Source of the DNA: Verrucomicrobiota bacterium | Lineage (GTDB): Bacteria > Verrucomicrobiota > Verrucomicrobiia > Chthoniobacterales > JACTMZ01 | Direction of reading: 5' to 3' | Assembly (NCBI GenBank): GCA_027624625.1 | Contig: JAQBWH010000001.1 | Coordinates: forward strand, 73,946 to 137,945 | DNA: 64,000 nucleotides | Shown here: positions 31,523 to 42,036 of the stretch, piece by piece | How positions within the stretch are numbered: the first letter of the stretch is position 1 | Layout: every line of letters starts with the position of its first letter | Notes under the pieces: generated by a model | Seen by the model: only the letters and a program-made list of their open reading frames with translations | Databases searched by the model: none | Told to the model about the DNA's origin: nothing | Program-made: the position numbers and the translations under genes

Positions 31523-34348
31523 ATGAGTACAGCCGCCGCACCGCAGTCCCCTTTTGTCCGTCGTCACGTTGGTCCCAACGACGCGGAAATTGCCCACATG
31601 CTCGCAGCGGTCGGTTACCCGAGCCTCGACTCCTTGATCGACGCGACCGTCCCGGAAGTCATCCGCCGCCGCGAACCGCTCAACCTGCCGCCCGCGCTCG
31701 ACGAGCCCGCTGCGCTCGAGGAAATTCGCGGCCTCGCCTCGCAAAACAAGCTCCAGCCCTGCTACCTGGGGATGGGCTACCACAATTGTCATGTGCCGCC
31801 GGTCATCCTGCGAAACGTTCTGGAGAACCCGGGTTGGTATACGGCCTACACACCTTACCAAGCCGAACTCGCCCAGGGCCGCCTCGAGGCCCTGCTCAAT
31901 TTCCAGACTATGGTGGCCGACCTCACCGGCATGGAAATCTCCAATGCCTCGCTGCTCGATGAGTCGACCGCCGCCGCTGAGGCCATGGCCATGGCCCACG
32001 GGGTCAAGGGGGCGGGCGACAAGTTTTTTGTCGCGGACAATGTTCACCCGCAAACCATCTCCCTCCTGCAGACGCGCGCGGAACCGCTTGGTCTCAGCAT
32101 CGTCTCTGGTCCGTGGACCGACGCCCCGCTCGATGCCTCCTACTTCGGGGCGCTCGTCCAGTACCCCGGAACAGACGGCAAAATCGACGACTACGGCGAC
32201 CTTGCCGCCCGCATCCACGCCGCCGGCGGAACCTTTGTCGTGGCGACCGATCTTCTCGCCCTCACCTTGCTCAAGCCACCCGGGGATTTCGGCGCAGACA
32301 TCGTGGTCGGCAGCGCTCAACGCTTCGGTGTCCCGCTCGGCTACGGCGGCCCCCACGCCGCCTTTCTGGCAACCAAGGATGACCACAAGCGCCGGCTTCC
32401 GGGACGCCTCATCGGGCTCTCCAAAGATGCGGCAGGTAACCCGGCCCTGCGTCTCTCCCTGCAAACCCGCGAACAACACATCCGCCGCGACAAGGCGACG
32501 AGTAACATTTGCACCGCTCAGGTGCTGCTCGCTGTCATGGCATCGATGTACGCGGTTTATCACGGGCCCGAGGGGCTCAAAGCCATCGCGCAACGCATTC
32601 ACGACACCACGGCAACCCTCGCGGAGATTTTGCAACGGGCGGGACACACCGTGCATCACGAGAAGTTTTTCGACACTTTGCGGGTGACACCACGCGCTGC
32701 GCTCGACGTGGCAAAAGCCGGGCTCCTTTTCCGCGAATTTTCCGACGGCTCGCTCGGAATTGCCCTCGATGAAACCACTGATTTGGCCGCCCTCCAACGC
32801 ATCCTCGAAGTTTTTCGATGCCCGCGCGCGGTGGACATCCAGGCGCACGACTTTGCCCCGGCCATTGCCCGCACTTCTTCTTTTCTGACCCACCCGGTTT
32901 TCAATTCCTATCACACGGAAACACGGATGATGCGTTACCTGCGACGGTTGGAGGGACGCGATCTCGCGCTCAACCACAGCATGATTCCGCTCGGTTCGTG
33001 CACCATGAAGCTCAATGCCGCGGCGGAAATGATCCCGGTTACCTGGCCGGAATTCGGCAACTTGCATCCTTTCGCCCCGGTCGACCAAGCCAAGGGCTAT
33101 GGCAAACTCTTTCGTCAGCTCGATGCGTGGCTCGCTGAAATCACCGGCTTTGCCGCCGTCTCCCTGCAACCCAACGCCGGGTCCCAAGGCGAGTATACCG
33201 GACTGCTGGTCATTCGCGCCTACCACCTCTCGCGCGGTGACACCGAGCGCAATATTTGTCTCATTCCCACCTCGGCCCACGGCACCAATCCGGCCAGCGC
33301 GGTCATGGCCGGCATGACGGTTGTCCCCGTGGCCTGCGACGCGCTCGGCAACGTCGATGTCGCGGATCTTGGTCAAAAAATCAAACTGCACGGAGCCAAA
33401 CTCTCCGCGCTCATGGTGACCTATCCGTCGACCCACGGCGTCTTTGAGGAAAGCATTGGCGACATTTGCCATATGGTGCACGCCGCCGGCGGGCAGGTCT
33501 ACATGGACGGTGCCAATCTCAACGCCCAAGTTGCTCTCTGCCGTCCCGGAGATATCGGGGCGGACGTTTGCCATCTCAATTTGCACAAAACGTTCTGCAT
33601 TCCTCACGGAGGGGGCGGACCCGGGATGGGACCGATCGGTGTGGTCGCCCACCTTGCTCCTTTCCTGCCGGGGCACAGCATCATCAAGACCGGCGGAACC
33701 CAAGCGATTGGTGAGGTCTCCCAAGCCCCTTGGGGTAGTGCAAGTATTTTGCCGATCTCCTGGATGTATATCCGCATGATGGGCGCACCCGGGTTGGAGC
33801 ACGCTACCAAGGTGGCCATCCTCAACGCCAACTACATGGCGCAGCGCCTCGACCCCCATTTCCCCGTTCTTTACAAAGGCAAAAACGGGCGGGTGGCCCA
33901 CGAATGCATTCTCGATCTGCGCGAGTGGAAGCAACGTGCGGGCATCGAAGTCGAGGACGTGGCCAAGCGCCTCATGGACTACGGCTTCCACGCGCCCACC
34001 ATGAGTTGGCCCGTTGTCGGCACGTTGATGATCGAGCCGACCGAGAGTGAGTCGTTGGAAGAAATCGATCGCTTTTGCGATGCCATGATTGCCCTGCACG
34101 GAGAACTCGTCGCGGTGGAGGAAGGCCGCCTCGACAAGGCTGATAACCCTTTAAAAAACGCGCCGCACACCGCGGAATGTGTCATGGCCGATGAATGGCC
34201 TCATGCCTACTCACGCGAAGTCGCCGCCTTCCCGCTCCCCTGGCTGCGTGGGAACAAGTTCTGGCCGTCCGTCCGCCGGGTCGACAATGTCTACGGCGAC
34301 CGCAATCTTTTCTGCACCTGCGCGCCGGTCGAAGAAGTCGCCGCCTGA
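31523..34348 (+). CDS. gcvP: Glycine dehydrogenase (decarboxylating), single-chain P protein
   Basis: About 941 aa from the ATG at 31523 (the ORF-track start at 31505 is a TTG). Typical GcvP segments: [20 protein letters not shown], and [16 protein letters not shown] carrying the PLP lysine. Confidence 0.95.
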   Translation: MSTAAAPQSPFVRRHVGPNDAEIAHMLAAVGYPSLDSLIDATVPEVIRRREPLNLPPALDEPAALEEIRGLASQNKLQPCYLGMGYHNCHVPPVILRNVLENPGWYTAYTPYQAELAQGRLEALLNFQTMVADLTGMEISNASLLDESTAAAEAMAMAHGVKGAGDKFFVADNVHPQTISLLQTRAEPLGLSIVSGPWTDAPLDASYFGALVQYPGTDGKIDDYGDLAARIHAAGGTFVVATDLLALTLLKPPGDFGADIVVGSAQRFGVPLGYGGPHAAFLATKDDHKRRLPGRLIGLSKDAAGNPALRLSLQTREQHIRRDKATSNICTAQVLLAVMASMYAVYHGPEGLKAIAQRIHDTTATLAEILQRAGHTVHHEKFFDTLRVTPRAALDVAKAGLLFREFSDGSLGIALDETTDLAALQRILEVFRCPRAVDIQAHDFAPAIARTSSFLTHPVFNSYHTETRMMRYLRRLEGRDLALNHSMIPLGSCTMKLNAAAEMIPVTWPEFGNLHPFAPVDQAKGYGKLFRQLDAWLAEITGFAAVSLQPNAGSQGEYTGLLVIRAYHLSRGDTERNICLIPTSAHGTNPASAVMAGMTVVPVACDALGNVDVADLGQKIKLHGAKLSALMVTYPSTHGVFEESIGDICHMVHAAGGQVYMDGANLNAQVALCRPGDIGADVCHLNLHKTFCIPHGGGGPGMGPIGVVAHLAPFLPGHSIIKTGGTQAIGEVSQAPWGSASILPISWMYIRMMGAPGLEHATKVAILNANYMAQRLDPHFPVLYKGKNGRVAHECILDLREWKQRAGIEVEDVAKRLMDYGFHAPTMSWPVVGTLMIEPTESESLEEIDRFCDAMIALHGELVAVEEGRLDKADNPLKNAPHTAECVMADEWPHAYSREVAAFPLPWLRGNKFWPSVRRVDNVYGDRNLFCTCAPVEEVAA

Positions 34349-34405
34349 CCAGACATTTTGGCCCGCGACTCGATTGCGCTTTCCCCGCCCCGCTGGCCGC
34401 GCACT

Positions 34406-35515
34406 CTAACGCGTCTCCGGCGCTTGTAATCCCACCAGCCCACCCCCGTATCCCGTCATTTCCAAATAGCCGCGCGCCAAGATTGCTTGGGCGCCCCGCG
34501 TGCCCGTCGCCCGCACACTGCCCTCCCAATACGAAATCGGACGCAGCACCAACTCTTGGTCGTCGACCGCCGCCTTCACCGTGACTTCCAGGTCCTGCTT
34601 GGGGATGCGAATTTTCCATTCTATGGGATAGTTTCCCCCCGTTGCGCTGCTCCGCCACGTCCTCCCCGCCAAAAGCTCAAAGTCCTCGTTTTTCACCGCC
34701 GTACTCACGCCCAGGGCATCAATCCACGTCCCGTGTGAAAACGGATCGCGCCCTCCATCCTTCAGCCGGATTTGGAAAAGCATCAGCTCCGTGCCGTCCT
34801 CGAATTGCAAACTCAACCAGTCCCAACCCGTCTGGTTTTCCGTCAGTTGGTTGGTCGCCCACTCTTGATCGAACCATGACCAGCCAGTCACCGCCACCGC
34901 CCGGCCGTCGATCATCAGGCGCCCGGCCGTCTCCAGGCGGGTCAAGGAATAATAGTGCGAAGCTCGTCCCGCACCCTCGGACTTCTGACTCACCCCGTTC
35001 TCGCCGTGAAAAATCGGCGGCTTCTGCGGGGTAAGGCTGAGCTCCAAAGCAAAGGCGGCATCTCTCGCTTGCAAAAGAAATCCGCCGCCGTCCCGCAGAC
35101 GCAACTCCCAATCGTCAATCCATGCCACGCGGTCGCCCTCGCTAAAGCCCGCTTCGCCGAACGCCCCCCGGGAGACCTTTTGCCCATAATGGAAACGTTT
35201 GCCGGAAATCTCCGTCACCGCGAAGTGGGCCAGCTTGATCTCACCGACCGCAAAGCGCGTCTCTGCTTCGGTCTTTCGTTGTATGCCCTGACGGAAAAAC
35301 GTCAGCTGATACCCGTACTCCCGCTTATCGTCTCCGGTCAAATTCCCGGTGAAATACCACCACTCGGTTTTGAAGTCGGGGTGCGCATGGTGGTCCCTCG
35401 GAAACTCGTATGGCCAACCCGGCAGGGCCACAGCCCACTCGTCAGCAACCGCTTTCGGCGAGACAAACCCGGCTAACCCCGCGAGGAGAAGACTGCTAAT
35501 AAAGGAACGATTCAT
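34406..35515 (-). CDS. Secreted AttH/CrtC-like lipocalin-domain protein
   Basis: Start MNRSFISSLLLAGLAGFVSPKAVA (signal peptide). HPDFKTEWWYFTGNL is the characteristic AttH/hydroxyneurosporene-synthase N-terminal motif. Its start lies 20 nt inside the upstream gene. Confidence 0.7.
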   Translation of the reverse strand: MNRSFISSLLLAGLAGFVSPKAVADEWAVALPGWPYEFPRDHHAHPDFKTEWWYFTGNLTGDDKREYGYQLTFFRQGIQRKTEAETRFAVGEIKLAHFAVTEISGKRFHYGQKVSRGAFGEAGFSEGDRVAWIDDWELRLRDGGGFLLQARDAAFALELSLTPQKPPIFHGENGVSQKSEGAGRASHYYSLTRLETAGRLMIDGRAVAVTGWSWFDQEWATNQLTENQTGWDWLSLQFEDGTELMLFQIRLKDGGRDPFSHGTWIDALGVSTAVKNEDFELLAGRTWRSSATGGNYPIEWKIRIPKQDLEVTVKAAVDDQELVLRPISYWEGSVRATGTRGAQAILARGYLEMTGYGGGLVGLQAPETR

Positions 35516-36338
35516 TCGGTGCCTCGACCTGTTCGATTTTTTCCAGTTCCAGACTCGGCTCCATGGTTCCACCTTTGTCCTCGAAACGCGCCACCCCGGT
35601 GATCCTGACCCATCCCATCCGGGGGACCTCCACCGGCTCACCTACGACCTTGATCCCCAGCGGCCGAGCATCGGCGGCACAGCAAACAACAAACATGCGG
35701 ACCAGATCGAATCCACCCTTTTTCTCCCCCCGAGGTGGTATATACTGCCCGACAATCGAGACCCGTTGGTTTTCGAATTCTTCCCGCAAAGCTGGTTCCT
35801 GTGCGGCGAAGAGTAAATCGAGGGTCTCCACTTGGATCGCTCCATCCGGAGTGCGAGTGAAATATTCCACCCCTTCCTCTTGGTTCTCGGGCCACGATCC
35901 ATCCTCCCGGGCGACATTCTCGTCCCACGCCGGCGCATCCTGCCACGAGGCAGGGGTCCTTTGGGCAGAGGGCAGTTGCGTGATATCGGTGACCATTCCC
36001 CGGTTCATGACCATAGCCTCGCCGAATTGACCCGGGGAAATAAATGCCGCCACGGTCATCGGCAGCAAGAGAACAACAAAAGCAATGGCTGCACCCGCTG
36101 TCAGCCGGCTTCGCGGCTCGTCCGTGGCGGGAACATATCCACAGTCCTGGCAGACTGCGTCGGTCTCTTGCGTAGCCCACCACCAGAGAGCAGCCAGTGC
36201 GAGCAACCCCAACCCGGCTGCCGTGACATATTCGTGGAATTGCGGATGGAGATAGGAGGCAATGCGGCCGCTCAGACAAAAGTAGAGCAAGGTGGCGCCC
36301 CAGAGGAGCAGAGTGACCAGGGTGAGGAGACGTTTCAT
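35496..36338 (-). CDS. TIGR03943/DUF1980-like membrane protein (partner subunit of the DUF318 permease)
   Basis: Start MKRLLTLVTLLLWGATLLYF. Two to three N-terminal TM segments, then a soluble C-terminal domain ending VCCAADARPLGIKV. Lies 2 nt downstream of the permease gene. Family assignment rests on architecture and context. Confidence 0.6.
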   Translation of the reverse strand: MKRLLTLVTLLLWGATLLYFCLSGRIASYLHPQFHEYVTAAGLGLLALAALWWWATQETDAVCQDCGYVPATDEPRSRLTAGAAIAFVVLLLPMTVAAFISPGQFGEAMVMNRGMVTDITQLPSAQRTPASWQDAPAWDENVAREDGSWPENQEEGVEYFTRTPDGAIQVETLDLLFAAQEPALREEFENQRVSIVGQYIPPRGEKKGGFDLVRMFVVCCAADARPLGIKVVGEPVEVPRMGWVRITGVARFEDKGGTMEPSLELEKIEQVEAPNESFLY

Positions 36339-36340
36339 GA

Positions 36341-37255
36341 TCAGCGAAAATCCGGAATAGGCAGGAAAGCGCAAAGTCCAAAGACGAGGACAACCAGGCC
36401 CGCGATCAGAAAAACAATGAAGCGCTTGCGGAAGACAAGTGCATAAATAAAAACAAGCTTCAAATCCACGACCGGCCCGAAGCTCAAGAAGGCCAGCTTG
36501 GCGGCGGATGGAAACGCGGTAAAAGTTGCCGCGACGAAAGCGTCCGAGGTGCTGCACAAAGAAAGCACGGCGGCTAATGCCATCATGCTTCCCACAGAGG
36601 CCGCACGGTCCTCGGCCAATGGCATGATCAACTGCTGGTTCACGCTGGTGTTGAAGAGCGTGGCCACCGTGGCACCGAGCACAAAAAAGACGGTCACATC
36701 GAGAAAATCACCCGTCGAGGCGCGCACGGCCGCTGCCACCTTGTCTTCCCCGCTGCGTTCATCGTGGTGGTCATGGACGACTGGGGCCATGGCTAGGTCC
36801 GCCCGCAGAACCCAGGCCCTCTGCAGGAAATGCACGACGCTGGCCACCACTACAGCGATCACAAAGGACAGGGCCATGCGGCAAAGCATCATTTCCAGCG
36901 GTCCTTGGCCGCGAAAGGCCGCATATGTGCTGATGGCCACAATCGGGTTCACCACCGGGGCCGCCAACAGGTAGGCCATGGCACTGGAAAGAGGTAACCC
37001 TTTTTGTAAGAGGCGCCGAATGACCACGACAATCCCGCACTCGCACATGGGCAAGATCGCTCCGAGACACCCACCAAGCAGGATACCGCTTGCCGCATTG
37101 CGCGGGAGGAGACGAGCGAGGAGACGCGGGGGGAGAAATACATCGATGAGGCCACTCAGAACGACCCCGGCCAGAATGAAGGGAACGCCCTCGAGCACGA
37201 TGCTCAGAAACGCATAAGCAAAATCTGAACTACTAAACCAAAACCAGTGATCCAT
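36341..37255 (-). CDS. Predicted permease (DUF318 / ArsP-like, Cys-x-Cys motif)
   Basis: Start MDHWFWFSS. Polytopic. LEGVPFILAGVVLSGLIDVFLP and ILPMCECGIVVV are typical of this permease family. Confidence 0.8.
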   Translation of the reverse strand: MDHWFWFSSSDFAYAFLSIVLEGVPFILAGVVLSGLIDVFLPPRLLARLLPRNAASGILLGGCLGAILPMCECGIVVVIRRLLQKGLPLSSAMAYLLAAPVVNPIVAISTYAAFRGQGPLEMMLCRMALSFVIAVVVASVVHFLQRAWVLRADLAMAPVVHDHHDERSGEDKVAAAVRASTGDFLDVTVFFVLGATVATLFNTSVNQQLIMPLAEDRAASVGSMMALAAVLSLCSTSDAFVAATFTAFPSAAKLAFLSFGPVVDLKLVFIYALVFRKRFIVFLIAGLVVLVFGLCAFLPIPDFR

Positions 37256-37490
37256 CCGTCTGGAGAGTTGAAAGCAGATCGTCGGCAAAGGCAAACGGAC
37301 AGTGGGACGGCCATCGGAAAGTCTTGCCCGTCATGCGGACTCCGGCGCTGGTCCCGGCGATCAAAGTGCGACGCGCCAAGTGCTCATTCTCATGGCTGGC
37401 AAGTCTGTGGTTCACGATATCTTGATCAACTAGCCATGACTCTGGACCGTCCTGCTACAGCTCCACGGTTGAGCACTGCGCCCCGCAGGC

Positions 37491-37523
37491 AAAAAAAGAA
37501 GCGGCTCCCGAGGGAGCCGCTTC
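37491..37523 (-). terminator. Rho-independent terminator for the small peptide gene
   Basis: On the minus strand: GAAGCGGCTCCC-TCGG-GGAGCCGCTTC, a perfect GC-rich stem, followed by TTTTTTT. It lies 23 nt after the stop at 37547. Confidence 0.75.
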
Positions 37524-37546
37524 TGTGAGTTTCAGGAGGGTCCGAA

Positions 37547-37696
37547 CTAGCTCTGAGCAGGTGCCTCAGCCTCGGCCTTATCCTTGGCCTTCTCCCCACC
37601 CTCTCCGGTGCAGCTTCCAAAGCTGCCGGCGAATGTGGTGGTTGCGAAAGCGGCCGTGGCAAGCGCCGCGACCATAACAGTGAATAGGTTTTTCAT
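37547..37696 (-). CDS. Small secreted peptide (49 aa)
   Basis: Internal ATG gives MKNLFTVMVAALATAAFATTTFA (signal peptide), then GSFGSCTGEGGEKAKDKAEAEAPAQS. A canonical terminator follows. Confidence 0.45.
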   Translation of the reverse strand: MKNLFTVMVAALATAAFATTTFAGSFGSCTGEGGEKAKDKAEAEAPAQS

Positions 37697-37968
37697 CACA
37701 GATACAACGCTAACACGTCCTTGCTGGATGCACAACGGAAAGATTCGCTGAAAGGGGACCAATTCCGGGCCTGTGGGCAGAGCTAGCTTGGGCTCTGCAT
37801 GACGTCCGCTCTTCTCTTTTTGGCCTATCTGTGGGTGGCAAGACCGAAACCGGTAACCTCTTCCCTCGGTCAAGCTCATGGCGGGCCGGGGCGATCCTAA
37901 TTTGTCCGGTCAGAGGACTGATCTTGCCGGGTTGCATCGGTCAACCTCGGGGGCCGTTGACCCATCAG

Positions 37969-39369
37969 CTAACTTTGCCACCGACGCTGCTCCGGACCGA
38001 CATCGACCGGGTTGCCCGCTCGCAGAAAATTCTCCGCCAACGCCTCGTAAAGCGCCACCGGACAAACCCGCCGCGAGGCCTCATAGGCCACAATCGACGC
38101 CACCCCCAGCGGTATCGTGAACGCCACCGCCCCCGTCATTTCGATCAGAATGATGAATGCCGTCATGGGACTTTGCACCACGCCAGCGAAGTACGAGACC
38201 ACCCACAACAAAACGATCCCCTGCACCGACGCTCCGGTCACGGCCAGCCAGGGGGCGGTGAGATGTCCCAACCCCGCGCCGACCGAGAAAGACGGATCGA
38301 ACAACCCGCCCGGAATCCCGGTCAGCAGCACCATCATCGTCACGGCTGCGCGTTGCAGCGCATACCACGGACCGATCTTCTCCCGCACTGCCGCCATGCG
38401 CGCCACTTCCTCCGCCGGCAGCGTCGCCAGATACTGCGGACTGTCCTGCAAAATGAGCGCCCTCGCCTGATCGTAACCGGTGCCCAGTGCCGCACCGTTG
38501 GAACTCCAAACCACTCCCGCAGAGGCCAAGCCGAAGACCAGAGCTACCACCCAGAAACGCCGCCGGATCATCCGCGAGACATGCGGCACGACGACGAGAA
38601 GGGTCTTGGCAAAAAGGCCGCCAAGCAGGCCGCCGGCCAATCCGATGATCAGCACCGCAACCCACGGTCCGGGCGACATGAACTCCAGCGGGATGACCCG
38701 GTCATAATCGATCCGCCCGTAGAAAAAATAGTTTCCCAGAAAAACCACGCAGACCAAACACGCCACCATGACCGTGCGCACGATGGTGCCGAGGTTTTCC
38801 TTGTCGAACCGCCGGCCGATTTCTTCGAACGCGAAGACGATCCCGGCGATCGGCGCATTGAAGGCCGCCGCAATACCCGCCGCCCCTCCGCCCATGATCA
38901 GCCCGCGTTCCATCAAATGACGCGGAAACACCGTCCATTTGCTCACCAAGTGCATGAAGCACGCCCCGAGTTGCACGGACGGTCCTTCGCGCCCTATGGA
39001 GAGAAAGGAAAACATCCCCAATCCCAGAAGCAACGCCTTGCCGACCGCCACGCGCATGGACAGCAACCGGTCCCGCAATTCCCCCGGCCCCGCCTGCAAC
39101 ACCGCGATGGTCTGCGGGATCCCCGTGCCATCGGTCCAAGGGAACACGTGATCGCGCAGCCAAAGAATCAAGGCAAATCCCAGCGGCATGATGACGAACA
39201 CCGTCCACGGCGCCGCTTCCCAGACCACGCGCGACAGCTTGGTCGACTGCAGATCAAAGACCCCCAAAAGCAACGCCCCCAGCCCGGCCAAGACCGCGCC
39301 GATCAGCGCCGCCCCCAGCGCCCGCCAGTTGCTGTGCGTGGATTCGTTTTTCATCGGGAATGCGTTCAT
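37969..39369 (-). CDS. ClC-family chloride channel / H+-Cl- antiporter
   Basis: 466 aa. ClC signature segments GTGIPQ, GREGPSVQLGA and GIPGGLFDPS. Confidence 0.9.
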   Translation of the reverse strand: MNAFPMKNESTHSNWRALGAALIGAVLAGLGALLLGVFDLQSTKLSRVVWEAAPWTVFVIMPLGFALILWLRDHVFPWTDGTGIPQTIAVLQAGPGELRDRLLSMRVAVGKALLLGLGMFSFLSIGREGPSVQLGACFMHLVSKWTVFPRHLMERGLIMGGGAAGIAAAFNAPIAGIVFAFEEIGRRFDKENLGTIVRTVMVACLVCVVFLGNYFFYGRIDYDRVIPLEFMSPGPWVAVLIIGLAGGLLGGLFAKTLLVVVPHVSRMIRRRFWVVALVFGLASAGVVWSSNGAALGTGYDQARALILQDSPQYLATLPAEEVARMAAVREKIGPWYALQRAAVTMMVLLTGIPGGLFDPSFSVGAGLGHLTAPWLAVTGASVQGIVLLWVVSYFAGVVQSPMTAFIILIEMTGAVAFTIPLGVASIVAYEASRRVCPVALYEALAENFLRAGNPVDVGPEQRRWQS

Positions 39370-39500
39370 ATAACAACCTCAGCGCTTGCCGTCGATGGTC
39401 CGGCAACCTTCCGCCGCTACATCCTGGGATCGAGCGCACGATCCGCCTCTGCTTGGAGACACAATCCTCTTCAATCTTCCCTAATCCGTGGCCTGCCTTT

Positions 39501-40670
39501 TCACTCTGCCTTGGCCGCCGCCAGCGGCTGCGCCTTCAGCGTGATATCCTCCGGCGTGAAATCATTCTGCAGCGCAATAACCCGCATGCCGGGTTGGTCG
39601 AAGTCAATCGCCTTGAGGTCGACTGATTGAATGACCAAGCCATTGTAGGTCCGGACGTAAGTCTTCAGGTTCGTCCGGTCATGCGACACTGCCCACTCGG
39701 TGGTGTCGGTATTGACCAGTTTGGGCTTGCCGCCCGCGGAGAGAAACCCCTTGGTGTTGGCCGTCTGGTCGGCCGTGTTGGTCTGGATGGCACCGTTGAA
39801 GATGTCGAAGGTGTTGAGGATATGGAAACCGAGATTGACCGTCTCCTCGGCCGTGTCGCCCGGGGTGGCCCAATGCGAAAAGAGCGAGGCCCGAATGAAG
39901 CGCGAGGGCGGCGAGAGGTCGCCGGGCAGACCGATGGCACCGGAGCCCTGGCCGTAGTTCACCGCCGTAAATTGACCGAGCTTGCGCTCCAGCACGTTGA
40001 CCGGCGATAGGTCGACGTAGTTGCTCACGTTGATCTCCTGCCAATCGTAAGGCGGCGAATTGGTCAGGGTGCCGAGTGGGGCATCATGGATGTTGAGCCG
40101 GCCATCGATGTATTCAGCAATAACCACCTTGCCGCTGGCATCGCCGATCCACCAATGGACGGGTAGCACTTCCTTGAAGGGCACGAACTCCTGCTGCGCG
40201 ACATAGACATCGTTTTTCAGCGCGGCCACGGCTTCCTCCACCGTGGCACAATTGGCCAGCAGGTAGTTCGGCACCTCCCAGCTGGCGAGCGTCTTGTCGG
40301 CCGGGGCTGTGTCGGCTGCCTGGAATTCGGCATAGCCCGGCAGGTAGAGCATGCCGATGGCCAGCCCTTTCTCGTTTTGTCCATCGGCCACCACAGTGGG
40401 CAGGACATCGACATTCAGGCCAACGTAGCCGTATTTGGTCGTCCACTTCTTGCCAAGTTGCCCGACCGGGGCCGTGCCGGTGTATTCCGTACCCCGCGGA
40501 ACGATGAGCATCTTTGAGTTAAACGGATACCCAAACTCCATGGAGCGAAAATAAATTTGCGCTCCGTCGTTGGATTTGAGTTGGAAGGCCGTGCAGGCCG
40601 ATGCGGGATTGTGAATGCTCAGTGCCACGAGGGCAACCAAGCCAGCCAAGGAAGTCCGGAATCTTTGCAT
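39501..40670 (-). CDS. Secreted choloylglycine-hydrolase-family (linear amide C-N hydrolase, Ntn) protein, paralogue A
   Basis: The signal peptide ends ..NPASA|CTAF, so Cys becomes residue 1 (Ntn nucleophile). FRSMEFG (Arg/Asp pair), LTNSPPYDW (Asn), LPGDLSPPSRFIR. Confidence 0.85.
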   Translation of the reverse strand: MQRFRTSLAGLVALVALSIHNPASACTAFQLKSNDGAQIYFRSMEFGYPFNSKMLIVPRGTEYTGTAPVGQLGKKWTTKYGYVGLNVDVLPTVVADGQNEKGLAIGMLYLPGYAEFQAADTAPADKTLASWEVPNYLLANCATVEEAVAALKNDVYVAQQEFVPFKEVLPVHWWIGDASGKVVIAEYIDGRLNIHDAPLGTLTNSPPYDWQEINVSNYVDLSPVNVLERKLGQFTAVNYGQGSGAIGLPGDLSPPSRFIRASLFSHWATPGDTAEETVNLGFHILNTFDIFNGAIQTNTADQTANTKGFLSAGGKPKLVNTDTTEWAVSHDRTNLKTYVRTYNGLVIQSVDLKAIDFDQPGMRVIALQNDFTPEDITLKAQPLAAAKAE

Positions 40671-40756
40671 AATGCACAATTTTCCATGCCACGTCCGCGA
40701 GGAACAAGGCTAAATCTCTCTGTGCGCCACGGGCCCCAACCGGGGACGTCCGCCGC

Positions 40757-41923
40757 CTACTGCGCTTCGGCCGCGGCGAGCGGTTGCGACTTCGACGAGA
40801 TGTCCTGAGGCGCAAATTCGTTCTGCAGCTCGATGGTCCGTAAGCCCGGTTGTCCGAAGTCGATGGTTTTGTGATCGATCTTCTGGATGAGCGAGCCGCC
40901 GTAAGTCCGGATGTAGGATATCAAGTTCGTGCGGTCATGCGCCACGGCCCACTCGGTGATGTCGCTGTTGACCACCTTGGGTTTTCCCGAGGCGGATAGG
41001 GTTTTGGTCTCCGTCGTTCCATCAGCCTGCTTGCTTTGAATCGCGCCGTTGAAGATGTCGAACGAGTTCAGGACGTGGAAACCGACATTGACCGTCTCCG
41101 ACGCGGTATCGGCTGGAGTAGCCCAGTGCGAGTAAAGCGCCACCCGGACAAAACGGGATGGAGGCGTCATGTCGCCCGGCAGCCCGACTGCACCCGAACC
41201 TTGGCCGTAATTGATCGAAGTAAAATCACCCAGCTTTCGCTCTGCCCTATTGACCGGCGAAAGGTCGACATAATTGCTCACGTTGACTTGCTGCCACTCG
41301 TAGGGTGGCGAGTTGGTGAGGACACCGAGCGGAGCGTCGTGGATAGCCAATTTGCCGTCGACATATTCGGCAATGATCACCTTGCCGCTGGCGTCACCAA
41401 CCCACCAATGGAAGGGCATGACCATTTCGAAGCCCGCAAACTCCTGCTGGGCCACGTAGACGTCGTTGCGCAAAGCCGACGCCGCCTCCTCGACCGTGGC
41501 GCAGCTGGCCAGCAGGTAATTGGCCACCTCCCAACTGCCGATCGTCTTGTCCTGCGGTGCGCTCTCAGCCGGCAAGTATTCGGAAAAGCCCGGTAAATAA
41601 AGCACACCGACCACGAGCCCCTTCTCGTTCATTCCGTCAGCTACGGTGGAAGGCTCTTGTTCAACGTTCATTCCGACATAGCCGTGCTGCACGGCCCATT
41701 TTTTTCCGGCCCTCCCGCCTGGTGCGGTACCGGTGTATTCGGTGCCGCGCGGCACGATAAGAGCTTTTGAATCGAGCGCCTCGCCGAACTCCATCGAGCG
41801 CACATAAATCTGTGCACCGTCATTCGATTTAAGCTGGAAAGCCGTGCAAGCCAAGGCGGGATGGGAAACGCTCAGTGCCAAAACGGCGACCAAGCCAGTC
41901 AGGAGGGTCCGGAAATTTTCCAT
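40757..41923 (-). CDS. Secreted choloylglycine-hydrolase-family protein, paralogue B
   Basis: ..HPALA|CTAF. Closely similar to paralogue A along its whole length (VRSMEFG, LTNSPPYEW, LPGDMTPPSRFVR). Confidence 0.85.
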   Translation of the reverse strand: MENFRTLLTGLVAVLALSVSHPALACTAFQLKSNDGAQIYVRSMEFGEALDSKALIVPRGTEYTGTAPGGRAGKKWAVQHGYVGMNVEQEPSTVADGMNEKGLVVGVLYLPGFSEYLPAESAPQDKTIGSWEVANYLLASCATVEEAASALRNDVYVAQQEFAGFEMVMPFHWWVGDASGKVIIAEYVDGKLAIHDAPLGVLTNSPPYEWQQVNVSNYVDLSPVNRAERKLGDFTSINYGQGSGAVGLPGDMTPPSRFVRVALYSHWATPADTASETVNVGFHVLNSFDIFNGAIQSKQADGTTETKTLSASGKPKVVNSDITEWAVAHDRTNLISYIRTYGGSLIQKIDHKTIDFGQPGLRTIELQNEFAPQDISSKSQPLAAAEAQ

Positions 41924-42036
41924 AAGCGAGAATTTTCGGCACCGGATGCCGTCAGGACAAGGCAATATCCACGCAAAGCCGCGGGCACCTTTACGGCTTC
42001 AGGCTGCTCGTTGCGTTCTGTTTGCCAGCCGCCCAG

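Noticed and set aside
31475-34099. 874-aa minus-strand ORF
   Set aside because: Antisense to gcvP, which is strongly recognisable. The composition is low in information (R/G/A/V/H-rich). Shadow ORF.
37233-37415. 60-aa His-rich ORF in the permease operon leader
   Set aside because: It has a GTG-type start, no signal of conservation that I can assess, and it overlaps the permease start region out of frame. It is mentioned only as context for the leader finding.
37831-39630. 599-aa plus-strand ORF
   Set aside because: Antisense to the ClC channel gene. The translation is dominated by R/H/P/Q/D runs and has no motifs.
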